Made by a program: the position numbers and the translations under genes. Positions 25,505 through 35,104 of a stretch of DNA of 64,000 bases are shown here, piece after piece. Source of the stretch: Bacillota bacterium (GTDB taxonomy: Bacteria > Bacillota > Sulfobacillia > Fermentithermobacillales > Fermentithermobacillaceae); the NCBI GenBank assembly GCA_050952125.1, contig JBMNKK010000001.1:117972-181971 (forward strand), in the 5' to 3' direction. A model generated the notes under the pieces. It had not been told where the DNA came from. It saw only the letters and a program-made list of their open reading frames with translations, and did no database searches. Within the stretch, counting starts at the first letter, position 1. Every line of letters starts with the position of its first letter.

Positions 25505-27397
25505 TCACCGCGCCGGAGTAGCCTCTCTCACGTACGCCGAGCGAGTGATCAGGAAGTAGCCCACCTGCAGGGTGAAAAAGATGCCTACTGCCAAGCCCGC
25601 GAACTGCCAGATGTGTTCGTCCAAAACGTTGGAGAGGGCTTTGAACGCCATAAGACAGTGCACGGTCCCCACGGTGAACGGCACGAAGAAGAGGATGGCG
25701 ATTTGCCTCGTCAGAACTTCCGACATCTCCCTTCGCGAGAGCCCAAGCCTCCTCAAAGCCAGGTATTTGGCCTGGTCTTCCTGAAGCTCGGTGAACAGCC
25801 GCGAGTACAGCATGCTTCCTGAAGCGATAGAAAAGAGAGTTGTGATGAACATCGCGATGAACGCGGTAAGCGCACCAATCTGGCGTGCTTCGGCGTAACG
25901 TTCCGCTCTTGAGAGGAACCCCAACAAGCGGTCCGCAGGTATCTGCTGCCGCACCCTCTCTATGGCGGGCTGAGAGTGCGTCCAGTCTTCCACCTGATAT
26001 CCTAACGCCGCTACATGAGCGTCAAGAGGTGCGGCGCTCCTCATCTCCGCATACTCGCCGTCGTCTACTACGGCGAAGAAACTGAACTCCATCGGCCAAA
26101 ACCCGCCTACCCACCGTACGGTCCTGTCGATCAAGAGCTCGCTTGAGGTCCTGCCGACCTTAACGGACACAGTCTCAGCCTCCCGATCTTCGGCCTCCAG
26201 AGCCATTCGGGCGCCGCAACCCGGAGGCACATCAACAGGTTCGAAGCCGTTCGCGGTTGCCCAGTCTCCATATTCGCTTTCAGAAAGGAGCACAATGTTG
26301 CCCCATTCTTCCGTATCCGCAAGCAATCCGGCAACTGCAACCTCATAGGTCACTTTGTGGCCGTCGGACGCGAATTCGGCACGTGCGAGAGATGACAGCC
26401 TTTCCGAGCTCTCTTCATTGTTGACAGCGAACGCTAGGGCGTACGGGCGGACCGATTCCACATCCTTCATCATTAGGTCACGGAATGTATAGATGGTCGA
26501 AGTGGAAGTCAGGACCACGGCCATCAGTATGGCAACGGCGGACAGAACCTGGGCGTTTTCCTTCATCTTGAAAACCATATCCGAGATAGTAAGAAGATTG
26601 AGGTCTCTGTAATAGATGCCCTTCCGGCGCTGGAGCCAGCGAAAGGCCGCGACGCTTGACTGGGTGAAAAAGAGGTAAGTGCCAAGCGACACAATGGCCA
26701 CCACCGGCAACATGAGAAGGACCAGCGTATGACCATTTGCCGTCCAAGCAAGATAGTACCCCGCGCCAAGGCAGATGGCTGACAGACACACAAGTATCTT
26801 CGAAAACCGGGGCGGCGCCTTCGGTTTCTGAGAGGCTCTGATAAGCTGGATTACCTCGCTGGACTTTATCGTCCTCATCGTCATGAGCGCGATGACAGCA
26901 AACAGAATGCCGTATACTCCCACGGTGAGGAAGGCAGCGCCGGGCACTATGGCAAACCTGATAGGCGTCTTCACTTGGAGAATCCAGCTCATTGCCATAA
27001 GCATCAGCTTGAACAACAGGAACCCCAAGCCCATGCCCGCCATGAGGGCGGTGGAGCCGATAACTCCGGTCTCGACGGCGAGCATCCTGTTGATCTGCCT
27101 TTTGGTTGCTCCCAGCAGCGTAATTAGGCCGAACTCTCTCTTCCGCGACCGCACGAATGCCGAGCTCGAGTACAAGATGAAGAAGAACGAGAAGACGACT
27201 ATGATGCACTGGCACGTGACCATCCCCATGCGTACCTGAGACGCCCAAAGAATCTGTCCGCCGGCCACATCGGGATGCTGCACAAACGACGCGAACAGAA
27301 AGAACACCAGCACCGAGAAAGCGCTGCTTAGAAGGTAACTCACGTACTTGTGCCTGAGACCTCTGATATTACTCCGGGCGAGTCGATATAACGTCAT
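25505..27397 (-). CDS. BceB-type ABC transporter permease (FtsX-like, about 10 TM)
   Basis: 630 aa with two FtsX-like TM bundles and a large extracellular loop. Sits downstream of a BceA-like ATPase and a BceRS-like two-component system. Confidence 0.75.
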   Translation of the reverse strand: MTLYRLARSNIRGLRHKYVSYLLSSAFSVLVFFLFASFVQHPDVAGGQILWASQVRMGMVTCQCIIVVFSFFFILYSSSAFVRSRKREFGLITLLGATKRQINRMLAVETGVIGSTALMAGMGLGFLLFKLMLMAMSWILQVKTPIRFAIVPGAAFLTVGVYGILFAVIALMTMRTIKSSEVIQLIRASQKPKAPPRFSKILVCLSAICLGAGYYLAWTANGHTLVLLMLPVVAIVSLGTYLFFTQSSVAAFRWLQRRKGIYYRDLNLLTISDMVFKMKENAQVLSAVAILMAVVLTSTSTIYTFRDLMMKDVESVRPYALAFAVNNEESSERLSSLARAEFASDGHKVTYEVAVAGLLADTEEWGNIVLLSESEYGDWATANGFEPVDVPPGCGARMALEAEDREAETVSVKVGRTSSELLIDRTVRWVGGFWPMEFSFFAVVDDGEYAEMRSAAPLDAHVAALGYQVEDWTHSQPAIERVRQQIPADRLLGFLSRAERYAEARQIGALTAFIAMFITTLFSIASGSMLYSRLFTELQEDQAKYLALRRLGLSRREMSEVLTRQIAILFFVPFTVGTVHCLMAFKALSNVLDEHIWQFAGLAVGIFFTLQVGYFLITRSAYVREATPAR

Positions 27398-28145
27398 CGA
27401 AGGTCCCTCCCAGCACGCTCAGTGAATCGATGATCTCCTGGAAGAACGCCTGCCTGCTTGCTCCCCTCCGGAGTTCCGAGTACAGGCGCCCGTCGCGGAT
27501 GAACAGGATACGCTGGCAGAAGCTTGCCGCGAACGGATCGTGGGTCACCATGAGCACCGCGGTGTTCAGATCTCTGTTGAGGGCTTCGAAAGCCTTCATC
27601 ACATCGCCCGATGACTTGGTGTCGAGGTTCCCTGTCGGTTCGTCAGCGAGCACGATAGCGGGCTTGTGGATGATTGCCCTGGCGATAGCCGCGCGCTGCT
27701 GTTCTCCTCCTGAAACCTCAAAGACTCTATTGTCTAGGATGCGAGATATCCCTAACTGGCGGGCAACCTCTGCGGCCCGCTTTTCTATGGCGTCGGGACG
27801 CTGCCCGTCCAAAGCCAAAGGGAGAATGATGTTCTCTTTGATGGTAAGAGTGTTTAGGAGGTTAAAGTCCTGGAACACAAACCCGAGCCTCCGCCTTCTG
27901 AAAACGGCGAGCGCGTCCCTATCCAGAGTCGCGACCTTCACCCCGTCTATCTCGACGCGCCCTGAGGTCGGCGTGTCAATAGTCGCCAGAAGGTTTAGGA
28001 GCGTGGTCTTGCCGCTGCCTGAAGGGCCCATAACTCCGATGAACTCGCCCGCGTTGACCTCCAGGCTCGCGTCTCGGAGAGCCCACACCAAGGCGCCCTT
28101 CTCCCCGAACATTCTTGAGAGCGCTTCCGCTTTCAGCACAGCCAT
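27369..28145 (-). CDS. BceA-type ABC transporter ATP-binding protein
   Basis: Walker A GPSGSGKTTLLN, signature LSGGEQQR, Walker B ILLADEPTGNLD. Confidence 0.85.
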   Translation of the reverse strand: MAVLKAEALSRMFGEKGALVWALRDASLEVNAGEFIGVMGPSGSGKTTLLNLLATIDTPTSGRVEIDGVKVATLDRDALAVFRRRRLGFVFQDFNLLNTLTIKENIILPLALDGQRPDAIEKRAAEVARQLGISRILDNRVFEVSGGEQQRAAIARAIIHKPAIVLADEPTGNLDTKSSGDVMKAFEALNRDLNTAVLMVTHDPFAASFCQRILFIRDGRLYSELRRGASRQAFFQEIIDSLSVLGGTFDDVISTRPE

Positions 28146-28239
28146 ACGGATCCTCTCCTTTCAAGGCGAGTATAGCCGCGGCAAACCGGCTCAACCATCG
28201 ATCTACATTGCAGCGGAGGCGCAAAACCTTACGTTTGCG

Positions 28240-28253
28240 TCACATTGATGTAA
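28240..28253. promoter_or_regulatory. Predicted BceR-type response-regulator binding site
   Basis: TCACA-ttga-TGTAA matches the published TNACA-N4-TGTAA BceR-box consensus. It lies about 95 bp upstream of the bceA-like start, inside a larger inverted repeat cttac...gtaag. Confidence 0.5.
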
Positions 28254-28308
28254 GAGGGGTTCGTGACAGGAGCGGAAAAGCGGAGACTGCCGGGGCTGCC
28301 CGCCGGCC

Positions 28309-29448
28309 TCACCGGGAAAGAACCGCGTCAGCTATTGAGCCGGACGAGAAAGTGATGGTAATGGCGGTCCCGCGCCCTACAGCCGACTGCACTTCGACCG
28401 TGTGCCCCAAGCGCGCAAGCACTTGCCGGACAAAGTAGAGACCCATACCTGTTGATTCTGGCACCAACCTGCCGTTTTGCCCGGTGAAGAAAGGCTCAAA
28501 GATACGTGGGATGTCTTCGGGCGGAATCCCTATACCCTCATCCCTCACAGTCAGGCGCTTGGAGTCGCCGTCAGCCTGCACCTCGATGGCCAGAGTCTTG
28601 GAACTGCAGGTGTCCTGAGTGCCGGTCTCCTGCCGGGCGTCTCGCACCGAGCGCACGGCGGGGCCGGAATACTTTACGGCATTGGTTATCAGCTGGTCGA
28701 GGACAAAACGCATCCACTTGCGATCGGTAGCGACCGACGTCTCGGGCGTGGACACTATGAGCTTGGGAAATACCGACGAGCCAATCAGTTCGCTCTTGTG
28801 GGCGTTGAAAGACTCGCGGGCGAGGTCAACGAGGTCAATCTGTTCGAATCGGAGATCGGATTCGAACGCTTCCAGCCTTACCGAGTTCAAGAATGTATCG
28901 AGGCTCCTCTGCAGGCGCTCGTTCTCCTGCTGCATACTGTCTGCGATCTCGAGGAGCCTCTCGGGGCCGCACTCGACAGAGGAACTCAACTGCTCTACCA
29001 GCAGCTTCATCACCGATACAGGTGTCTTCATGTGATGGACCCATCGGTCGGCAAACCGCCGGTGGAACTCTTCGGTCCGCTTGTACCCTGCGAGGGATTC
29101 GCGAAAGCGCGCCACGCTTGCAGCGAGGACATCCCTGTATGTCCTCTGCTCATTGGTCGCGGGCTCACTGATCGCGGCCGCATCTTCCATTCGTGATCCT
29201 GGAGACAAAAGATCCTGAAGGTCGCTGAGGAACCTCGCTTGCCTCTGAAAATCATAGCCAAGGTACGCTCCGAGGAGAACGGTGGATAGGCCCAGGCCGT
29301 ATAGGACGTCTCCCGGGCTGACCGGTCCCCCACGTGAAGCAGCAAGGGCGAGGACAAGGATAGAGAGCAGAACACCTGCATAGTATGTCAGAATGATGCC
29401 GCGCCGGTCGCGCACGTAACGCAATAGAGTTCCCGGGAGGCGGCTCAC
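28309..29448 (-). CDS. BceS-type intramembrane-sensing histidine kinase
   Basis: Two N-terminal TM helices with a minimal loop, an H-box (HHMKTPVSVM), and an HATPase_c domain with G-boxes. Confidence 0.8.
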   Translation of the reverse strand: MSRLPGTLLRYVRDRRGIILTYYAGVLLSILVLALAASRGGPVSPGDVLYGLGLSTVLLGAYLGYDFQRQARFLSDLQDLLSPGSRMEDAAAISEPATNEQRTYRDVLAASVARFRESLAGYKRTEEFHRRFADRWVHHMKTPVSVMKLLVEQLSSSVECGPERLLEIADSMQQENERLQRSLDTFLNSVRLEAFESDLRFEQIDLVDLARESFNAHKSELIGSSVFPKLIVSTPETSVATDRKWMRFVLDQLITNAVKYSGPAVRSVRDARQETGTQDTCSSKTLAIEVQADGDSKRLTVRDEGIGIPPEDIPRIFEPFFTGQNGRLVPESTGMGLYFVRQVLARLGHTVEVQSAVGRGTAITITFSSGSIADAVLSR

Positions 29449-30158
29449 TTTAGCGAGCCCTCCCAGTTCACAACGAGCCGGTATCCTTGGCCGCGGACTG
29501 TCTCAAGGCTGCGCTCAATGCCTAAATCCTCGAGTTTCCGCCTTACGCGCGCCACATTGACCGTGAGAGTATTATCGTCGACGAAATCGGCGTCGTCCCA
29601 GAGGGCCTCCAGGAGCTCCTCCCGCGACACGATGACACCGGGCTTCCGCGCAAGCTTGTCGAGAAGCCTGAACTCATTCTTCGTCAGCTCTACCCGGCGG
29701 TCGCGGAACTCAGCCGCGCCGCGGAGACGGTTCAGGCAGAGGCCTGCGACTGAGTATACCGCTCCGTGCTCTTCAGACGCCCCGGAGTATTCGCCGTACA
29801 CCCGCCTTATGACGCTGCCAACCTTCGCGACCGCGACTTCCATGCTGAAAGGCTTGGTGATGTAGTCGTCTCCCCCGTTCTCAATAGCCCTCACCTGGTC
29901 CATGTCGGAAGTCCGGGCTGACAGGAAGATGATTGGGACGCTTGAGACGGTCCGGATTTGCCTGCACCAGTAGAAGCCGTCCATATACGGCAGATTGATG
30001 TCCAGAATGACGATCTGGGGCTTAAACTCAAGGAACTCGCCCTTCACGTCGTGCAGGCGCGAAGCCACCCTCGACTCATACCCGTATCGTTCAAACTCGG
30101 AGGCGAGCATGGAGGCAAGTCTCACGTCATCCTCGACAACAAGGATCTTGTACTTCAC
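29445..30158 (-). CDS. OmpR-family response regulator (BceR-like)
   Basis: REC domain (DDVRLASML...D...) plus a winged-helix C-terminal domain (TVRGQGYRL). Overlaps the kinase gene by 4 nt. Confidence 0.85.
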   Translation of the reverse strand: MKYKILVVEDDVRLASMLASEFERYGYESRVASRLHDVKGEFLEFKPQIVILDINLPYMDGFYWCRQIRTVSSVPIIFLSARTSDMDQVRAIENGGDDYITKPFSMEVAVAKVGSVIRRVYGEYSGASEEHGAVYSVAGLCLNRLRGAAEFRDRRVELTKNEFRLLDKLARKPGVIVSREELLEALWDDADFVDDNTLTVNVARVRRKLEDLGIERSLETVRGQGYRLVVNWEGSLK

Positions 30159-30170
30159 GGCCTCACCCCG

Positions 30171-31277
30171 CTACTCGGCTTTCGCGCCTGTTGCCCCTTT
30201 GCTCCGCATGATCTTCTCCATGCCGGGTGTCGCGCGTATCTCTCCGTCAGGCATGACCCATATGACGTCTACACCCTCCAGAGACTCTGCGAGCGCCCTG
30301 CTCTCTTCGTAGGGCAGGAGGAAAATGGCAGTCGATAGAAAGTCCGCTACTCCCGCGTGACTGGTCTTGACGGTCACCGCCTGAAAGTAGTCGGCAGGCA
30401 TCAGCGTCTTGGGATCGACTAGATGGTGCAAGACCCTGCCTTCGGCCACGTAATTCCTCTGATAACCGCCGCTGCTGGCTATCCCTGCGTCGGTAATGAA
30501 CACTACATCCAAAAGGTTCTCTTCACCGTCTGAGAATACGGGAGCGTCGGGGTTCTGGATACCTACCCCCCACCTCTCCCTGACGCCGTCTAGAGGCTTG
30601 CCGATCGCCCGTATGTTGCCGCCTGAGCTTATCAGGGCAGACTCCAGGCCCTTCGCCTTAAACTCCTCGGCGACGAGCTCCGTGGCGTAACCTTTGGCGA
30701 CCGCGCCGACATCAAGGGACATCCTTGGGTCCTCCAGGTAGACGGTGCTGTTCTCGACGTCGACGATAACCTTGTCTAGATCCGTGTGCAGCGATGCATC
30801 TACCAGGTCCTCCATTGGAGGTATCCGCGCAGCTTCCGGGTTTTCCGTACCTTGCTGCCGGTAATCATGCCAGATCCGCAGCACTGAACCCATGGCTATG
30901 TTGGTCTGGCCTCCGGTCCGCTCGTACCAGTCCTTCGAGAACAAGATGAGGTCAATGATCTCCTTCGGGACCTTCACCGGCTTTATGCCCGCGTTGTCGT
31001 TTATCGTCTTTACATTGTTGATGCCGGGATAATCGTTGTAGATGTCGTAAAGCTGGTGCAGTTCCTTGAACCTCGCGTGAAAGTCCTCAAAAAACGACCT
31101 GAACTCGGCTTCGCTTTTGGCGTAAGCGACAACCGTTATAACCGTGTCAAAAGTATCGAAGAAACCGTCGCTAAACTTGGTATACTGCGGACCCCGGCCC
31201 ACGTAGGCACGGTAAGCGACAAACAGAAGTGCCACCAGGACGAGCCCAATGGCAATTCTAGCGGTTACCTTGTTCAC
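30171..31277 (-). CDS. apbE: FAD:protein FMN transferase ApbE
   Basis: LDVGAVAKGYA, SSGGNI and GGYQRNYVAEGRVLHHLVDPKT match ApbE signature regions. N-terminal membrane anchor. Confidence 0.75.
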   Translation of the reverse strand: MNKVTARIAIGLVLVALLFVAYRAYVGRGPQYTKFSDGFFDTFDTVITVVAYAKSEAEFRSFFEDFHARFKELHQLYDIYNDYPGINNVKTINDNAGIKPVKVPKEIIDLILFSKDWYERTGGQTNIAMGSVLRIWHDYRQQGTENPEAARIPPMEDLVDASLHTDLDKVIVDVENSTVYLEDPRMSLDVGAVAKGYATELVAEEFKAKGLESALISSGGNIRAIGKPLDGVRERWGVGIQNPDAPVFSDGEENLLDVVFITDAGIASSGGYQRNYVAEGRVLHHLVDPKTLMPADYFQAVTVKTSHAGVADFLSTAIFLLPYEESRALAESLEGVDVIWVMPDGEIRATPGMEKIMRSKGATGAKAE

Positions 31278-31335
31278 TCACATCACCATCTACTAATGTT
31301 AGCCAATGGCCGAGGCCGCCACAAGGACGACAATG

Positions 31336-31365
31336 CAAAAACTCCCCCGCCTCAAGGCGGGGGAG
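31336..31365 (-). terminator. Rho-independent terminator after the lipoprotein gene
   Basis: ctcccccgcc-tcaa-ggcgggggag hairpin followed by TTTTT on the minus strand. Confidence 0.65.
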
Positions 31366-31378
31366 TCCTGACGTTCTC

Positions 31379-32482
31379 TTACTGGGCGATAGGCTTGGCG
31401 TTGGCGAATGACTCCGCAACGGCCTCAATGTAATCCTGAACCGTCATGGTGACCAGGCTGGTGAGCTCGGCAACATCCGGAACTGCCGGGTGAGAGGCGT
31501 CACGCTCTTTGACCTTCATAGCCTTGATCTCGGCGACAGTCTTGCCGGCCATCCACTTCTCGAGTTCGTCAATCTGCTCGAACCATTCCTTGCCGATACC
31601 GGATACCCTGGCCATACCGTAGTCGGGGCCAAGTTCCTTCTTGGACTTCGGCGAGGCGGTCTTGTCCGTGGTCACCTTGCCGTCCTTATCGTAGGCGACC
31701 TTGGTCTGGCAGGTGTCTATGACAGTGGTAAGAACCTTGCCGTCGTTGTCAAACACGGTCGCGGCGACGGTGAAGTCGACCTGAGCCAGAGGCAGGGTCT
31801 CCTTGCCGTCAACATTCGCGTAGCTCTTGGAGCTGCCGAGTCCGACCACGTGGCCGAGACCCAACTTGGTGCCGCCTTCAGGAACGTCAACGGCGTTCTT
31901 GTAGGCTTCCTCAACGGCAGCGATATAGTCCTGGACAGTGATGGTGACGAGAGAAGTCAGCTCGGGCACATCGGGAACGCTCGGGTGTGCATCGTCGCGC
32001 TTCTTGGTCTTCATGCTCTTGATCTCTTCTACGGTCTTGCCAATCATCCACTTCTCGAGCTCGGTGGCCTGCTCATACCATTCTTTGCCGATAGCGGAGA
32101 CTCTCTTCATACCGTAGCCTTCTTTGACCTCAACCTTGGTCTGACCCTTAACCGAAGTGTCGGTGGTCAGCTGGAGGTCGGCGTCAAAGGCGATCTTGGA
32201 CTGTGAGGTGTCGATGGTTACCTGCATTACCTTGCCGTCAGCGTCAAAAGCTACCGCGGCGACGGTTGTGTCGATCTGGCCAGTTGGAGGCGTCGTGTTG
32301 CCGTCCGTGTCCACCGCGAGATCAGTAGACTTGGCGATTGAAGTTAGGTGACCGAGGCCCACCTTGGCGATGGACGGGGTCTTGGGACCCGGATCCGGCT
32401 CGGGGGTGGGGGTGCCTGTGCAGCCAGCTAGCATGACAAGCATCAGGACAAGCACCACTAGAGATGATACTGCCTTTCGCAT
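31379..32482 (-). CDS. Lipoprotein composed of two tandem homologous domains of about 160 aa (unknown function)
   Basis: Lipobox LAGC. Repeat 1 (KVGLGHLTS...VTITVQDYIAAVEEAY) and repeat 2 (KLGLGHVVG...VTMTVQDYIEAVAESF) are about 50% identical. Confidence 0.7.
   Translation of the reverse strand: MRKAVSSLVVLVLMLVMLAGCTGTPTPEPDPGPKTPSIAKVGLGHLTSIAKSTDLAVDTDGNTTPPTGQIDTTVAAVAFDADGKVMQVTIDTSQSKIAFDADLQLTTDTSVKGQTKVEVKEGYGMKRVSAIGKEWYEQATELEKWMIGKTVEEIKSMKTKKRDDAHPSVPDVPELTSLVTITVQDYIAAVEEAYKNAVDVPEGGTKLGLGHVVGLGSSKSYANVDGKETLPLAQVDFTVAATVFDNDGKVLTTVIDTCQTKVAYDKDGKVTTDKTASPKSKKELGPDYGMARVSGIGKEWFEQIDELEKWMAGKTVAEIKAMKVKERDASHPAVPDVAELTSLVTMTVQDYIEAVAESFANAKPIAQ
31396..32365 (-). repeat. Intragenic tandem duplication (2 x about 480 bp)
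   Basis: DNA-level similarity between the two halves of the lipoprotein gene, for example ...catccacttctcgag...ccattc(c/t)ttgccgata.cgga. Confidence 0.6.
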
Positions 32483-32657
32483 TTCACCGCTCCCTTTCCT
32501 TGAGTACAGGCTTTCGCCTACACAAATGTATCATGACATAAGTCCCTAGTGTTAGTGGAATTTAACTCATCAATCCAGCCCCTTGATGAGGTATGTACAA
32601 CCATCAGATTACCCTAGGAGTTGAAACCTTTCAAGCCCCAACTCCTGAATTCAGTTC

Positions 32658-33047
32658 TTAGGGTTTCTGGGTCAATTCGACTCGCTCGCCGTCAGGACCG
32701 GTTGTGAAGGCCATCATCCCGCCGTCAGCGGTTGGAACCGGATCGTTGGGACGAAAAACGGCGCCTTCCCCTGCCAACCGGGCCATGGTAGCCCTGATAT
32801 CGTCCACATACCAAGCGGTGTGATCGAGCCTTCCCTTGGCGACTCTCTCCCGCTTATCCGGGTCCGTGTAGTAGAACAGTTCGAGAGTGCTGGAGCCTGC
32901 ACCCAAGAAGAGAATCTCCACGCCGCGGCCGGTGTCCGGCAAGTGCTTTCTCTTCTCCAACCCAAGCCCGTAGCAGTAAAAGCGGATCGATTTCTCAAGA
33001 TCGCTCACAATCAGTCCGACGTGGCTGAAACCCAGCACCATCTTCAC
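32658..33047 (-). CDS. VOC/glyoxalase-family protein
   Basis: 129 aa. GFSHVGLIVSDLEKSIRFY is a glyoxalase-fold N-terminus. Confidence 0.7.
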   Translation of the reverse strand: MKMVLGFSHVGLIVSDLEKSIRFYCYGLGLEKRKHLPDTGRGVEILFLGAGSSTLELFYYTDPDKRERVAKGRLDHTAWYVDDIRATMARLAGEGAVFRPNDPVPTADGGMMAFTTGPDGERVELTQKP

Positions 33048-33118
33048 TCACTCCAGTCTCGATAGTCGCTTTCAAGAGCTACCATCCGGGAGGCCCGAAA
33101 TCCTGCAAGAGGAACCTC

Positions 33119-34012
33119 TTGGCACCGGTTCCCATATTCATGCAGGAGGATCTTCTCTTAGTCGCGGGGAAGACTGTTCTGAAGTCTCATTCGATCTTCC
33201 ATGGGAGGAACCCCGGCTTGATCTTCCGGTTTACGGTCCGCCTTATGTGCTTCGTCATATTCGCCCTGCTCATGTGCGGCCTCTATGCGTACGCCATTGA
33301 GCCCCGGCTGGTGATGGTGCGGGAGGTAAGCGTTCCTATAGAGAACCTTCCCGACAACCTTGTGGGATTCACCATAGGCGTGATGGCGGACTTGCACCTG
33401 GAAATAACACCGCAGGCAACCGTCAGGAGCGCCGCCGAGAGACTGGCTGCTATGGAACCGGACATCACGGTGGCCGTCGGCGACTTTGCCGAAGGCGCAT
33501 CTAGGCTCGCTGACATCAGTTACGCGCTGGAGCCTCTTGGCGTTGTGTACGGTGTGCCCGGCAATTGGGACCGGTGGACGGAGGTTCCGGGTGACGCAGC
33601 GCTCATGGACATCGATATGCTGACGAACAGGGGCGTCTCGCCCATGCCGGGCATCTGGCTCTGCGGGATCGATGACGCGCTCCTGGGCTTTCCGTCGATT
33701 GACGAAGCGGTGTCCGGAGCGCCCGAGGGAGCCGTCAGAATCCTCCTTGCCCACGAACCGGATGTGGCAACCTGGGTCGAGCCGCATCACGGCATTACCC
33801 TGCAGATTTCCGGGCACTCCCACGGAGGTCAGATCCGCCTCCCCTACATCGGCCCCGTGCTCCTGCCTCCACTGGGACGAATGTACCCATCCGGACTTGC
33901 CCAAGCGCCCACTCACTGGGTGTATACGACCAGGGGCGTAGGCATGAGTCACATCCCCGTGCGGTTCCTGTGCCCGCCCGAAGTGACTCTGCTGACACTG
34001 GTTAGGCCCTAA
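33119..34012 (+). CDS. Membrane-anchored metallophosphoesterase (calcineurin-like)
   Basis: GDFAEG, GNWD and GHSHGGQ metal-binding motifs. The N-terminal extension is uncertain. Confidence 0.7.
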   Translation: MAPVPIFMQEDLLLVAGKTVLKSHSIFHGRNPGLIFRFTVRLMCFVIFALLMCGLYAYAIEPRLVMVREVSVPIENLPDNLVGFTIGVMADLHLEITPQATVRSAAERLAAMEPDITVAVGDFAEGASRLADISYALEPLGVVYGVPGNWDRWTEVPGDAALMDIDMLTNRGVSPMPGIWLCGIDDALLGFPSIDEAVSGAPEGAVRILLAHEPDVATWVEPHHGITLQISGHSHGGQIRLPYIGPVLLPPLGRMYPSGLAQAPTHWVYTTRGVGMSHIPVRFLCPPEVTLLTLVRP

Positions 34013-34126
34013 GTCGCCCAAACCGCGAGTGCGTAGCGGATCCTGCAGGATTGCCCCTGTGAGACCACGTAATCTAGTCAGGTAGGTAATACTCCCCCTA
34101 ACGAAACACAGAGAGGACGAGGCGCC

Positions 34127-35035
34127 ATGGCCGCACTTACCCGATTCGACATACTGGACGTAGACGAACTCCGCGTGCGCGTGCTGGTTGAGAACTCCAT
34201 CCCGATGGGAAACACACAGTTTCGGGCTCTTCACGGGCTGTCAATGCTGGTTCAGAGCACGTATGAGGGCAGCCGGACCAACGTCCTTTGGGATGTAGGA
34301 GCCGACCCCGACGTTCTGTTCAACAATATGCAGGAGATGGAGATAGACCCAGGACAGATCGACTGCATCGCCCTCAGTCACAACCATTCCGACCATACGG
34401 GCGGCCTCCCGAAAGTGATCGAAAGGATAGGTATCCCCGGCCTGCCCGTGATCGCCCACCCTGCCGCATCACGCGTCACGTTTACCAACCGGCCGCACAT
34501 CCGAGGAGGAGCCGAGAAAGATGTCCGCAAAGAGGTGATTGAATCTGCAGGAGGCTCCTTTCTCGCGGTCTCTGAACCGCTGGAGATAGCTCCCGGCCTC
34601 TTCACAAGCGGCTATATCGAGAGAGTGACCGGAGAACCTACGGGACTTCGTACCAGAGTACTGGAGCCTGACGGTACGTGGCACGAGGACGAAGTGCCGG
34701 ACGACCTCGCTCTGGTGGCACGAGTCAAAGGAGAGGGCCTTGTCATCATAACGGGGTGCAGCCACTCAGGTATAGTGAACATCATCCGCCACTGCACGAA
34801 GATAACCGGCAAGAAAAAAGTGAGCGGCATCATCGGAGGGTTTCACCTGGCGAGTGCGACGGGCGACCGCATTGCATGGACGATCGAAGAGATGGTGAAA
34901 ACTGAGCCCGAACTAGTGGCCTCAGGGCACTGCACCGGATTTGATGCCGAGGCCGCCCTCCGGCAAGCGTTCGGCAAGAGGTATAGACATATGACCGTAG
35001 GGGCGGAGTTCGTTTTTCCCCAGCACAAAGAATAG
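34127..35035 (+). CDS. MBL-fold metallo-hydrolase
   Basis: HxHxDH motif (LSHNHSDHTGG). Confidence 0.8.
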   Translation: MAALTRFDILDVDELRVRVLVENSIPMGNTQFRALHGLSMLVQSTYEGSRTNVLWDVGADPDVLFNNMQEMEIDPGQIDCIALSHNHSDHTGGLPKVIERIGIPGLPVIAHPAASRVTFTNRPHIRGGAEKDVRKEVIESAGGSFLAVSEPLEIAPGLFTSGYIERVTGEPTGLRTRVLEPDGTWHEDEVPDDLALVARVKGEGLVIITGCSHSGIVNIIRHCTKITGKKKVSGIIGGFHLASATGDRIAWTIEEMVKTEPELVASGHCTGFDAEAALRQAFGKRYRHMTVGAEFVFPQHKE

Positions 35036-35104
35036 AGGTACGGGATCGACAAATACTAAGGAGCGGGGCCGCGCTGATTTGACCTCACGATAAGGAGGGG
35101 TTGG

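Noticed and set aside
31379-32482. FMN-binding (flavinylation) motif D-x-x-[ST]-G-A-[ST] in the tandem lipoprotein next to apbE
   Set aside because: No match was found in either repeat, so the protein is not called an FMN-binding domain protein.
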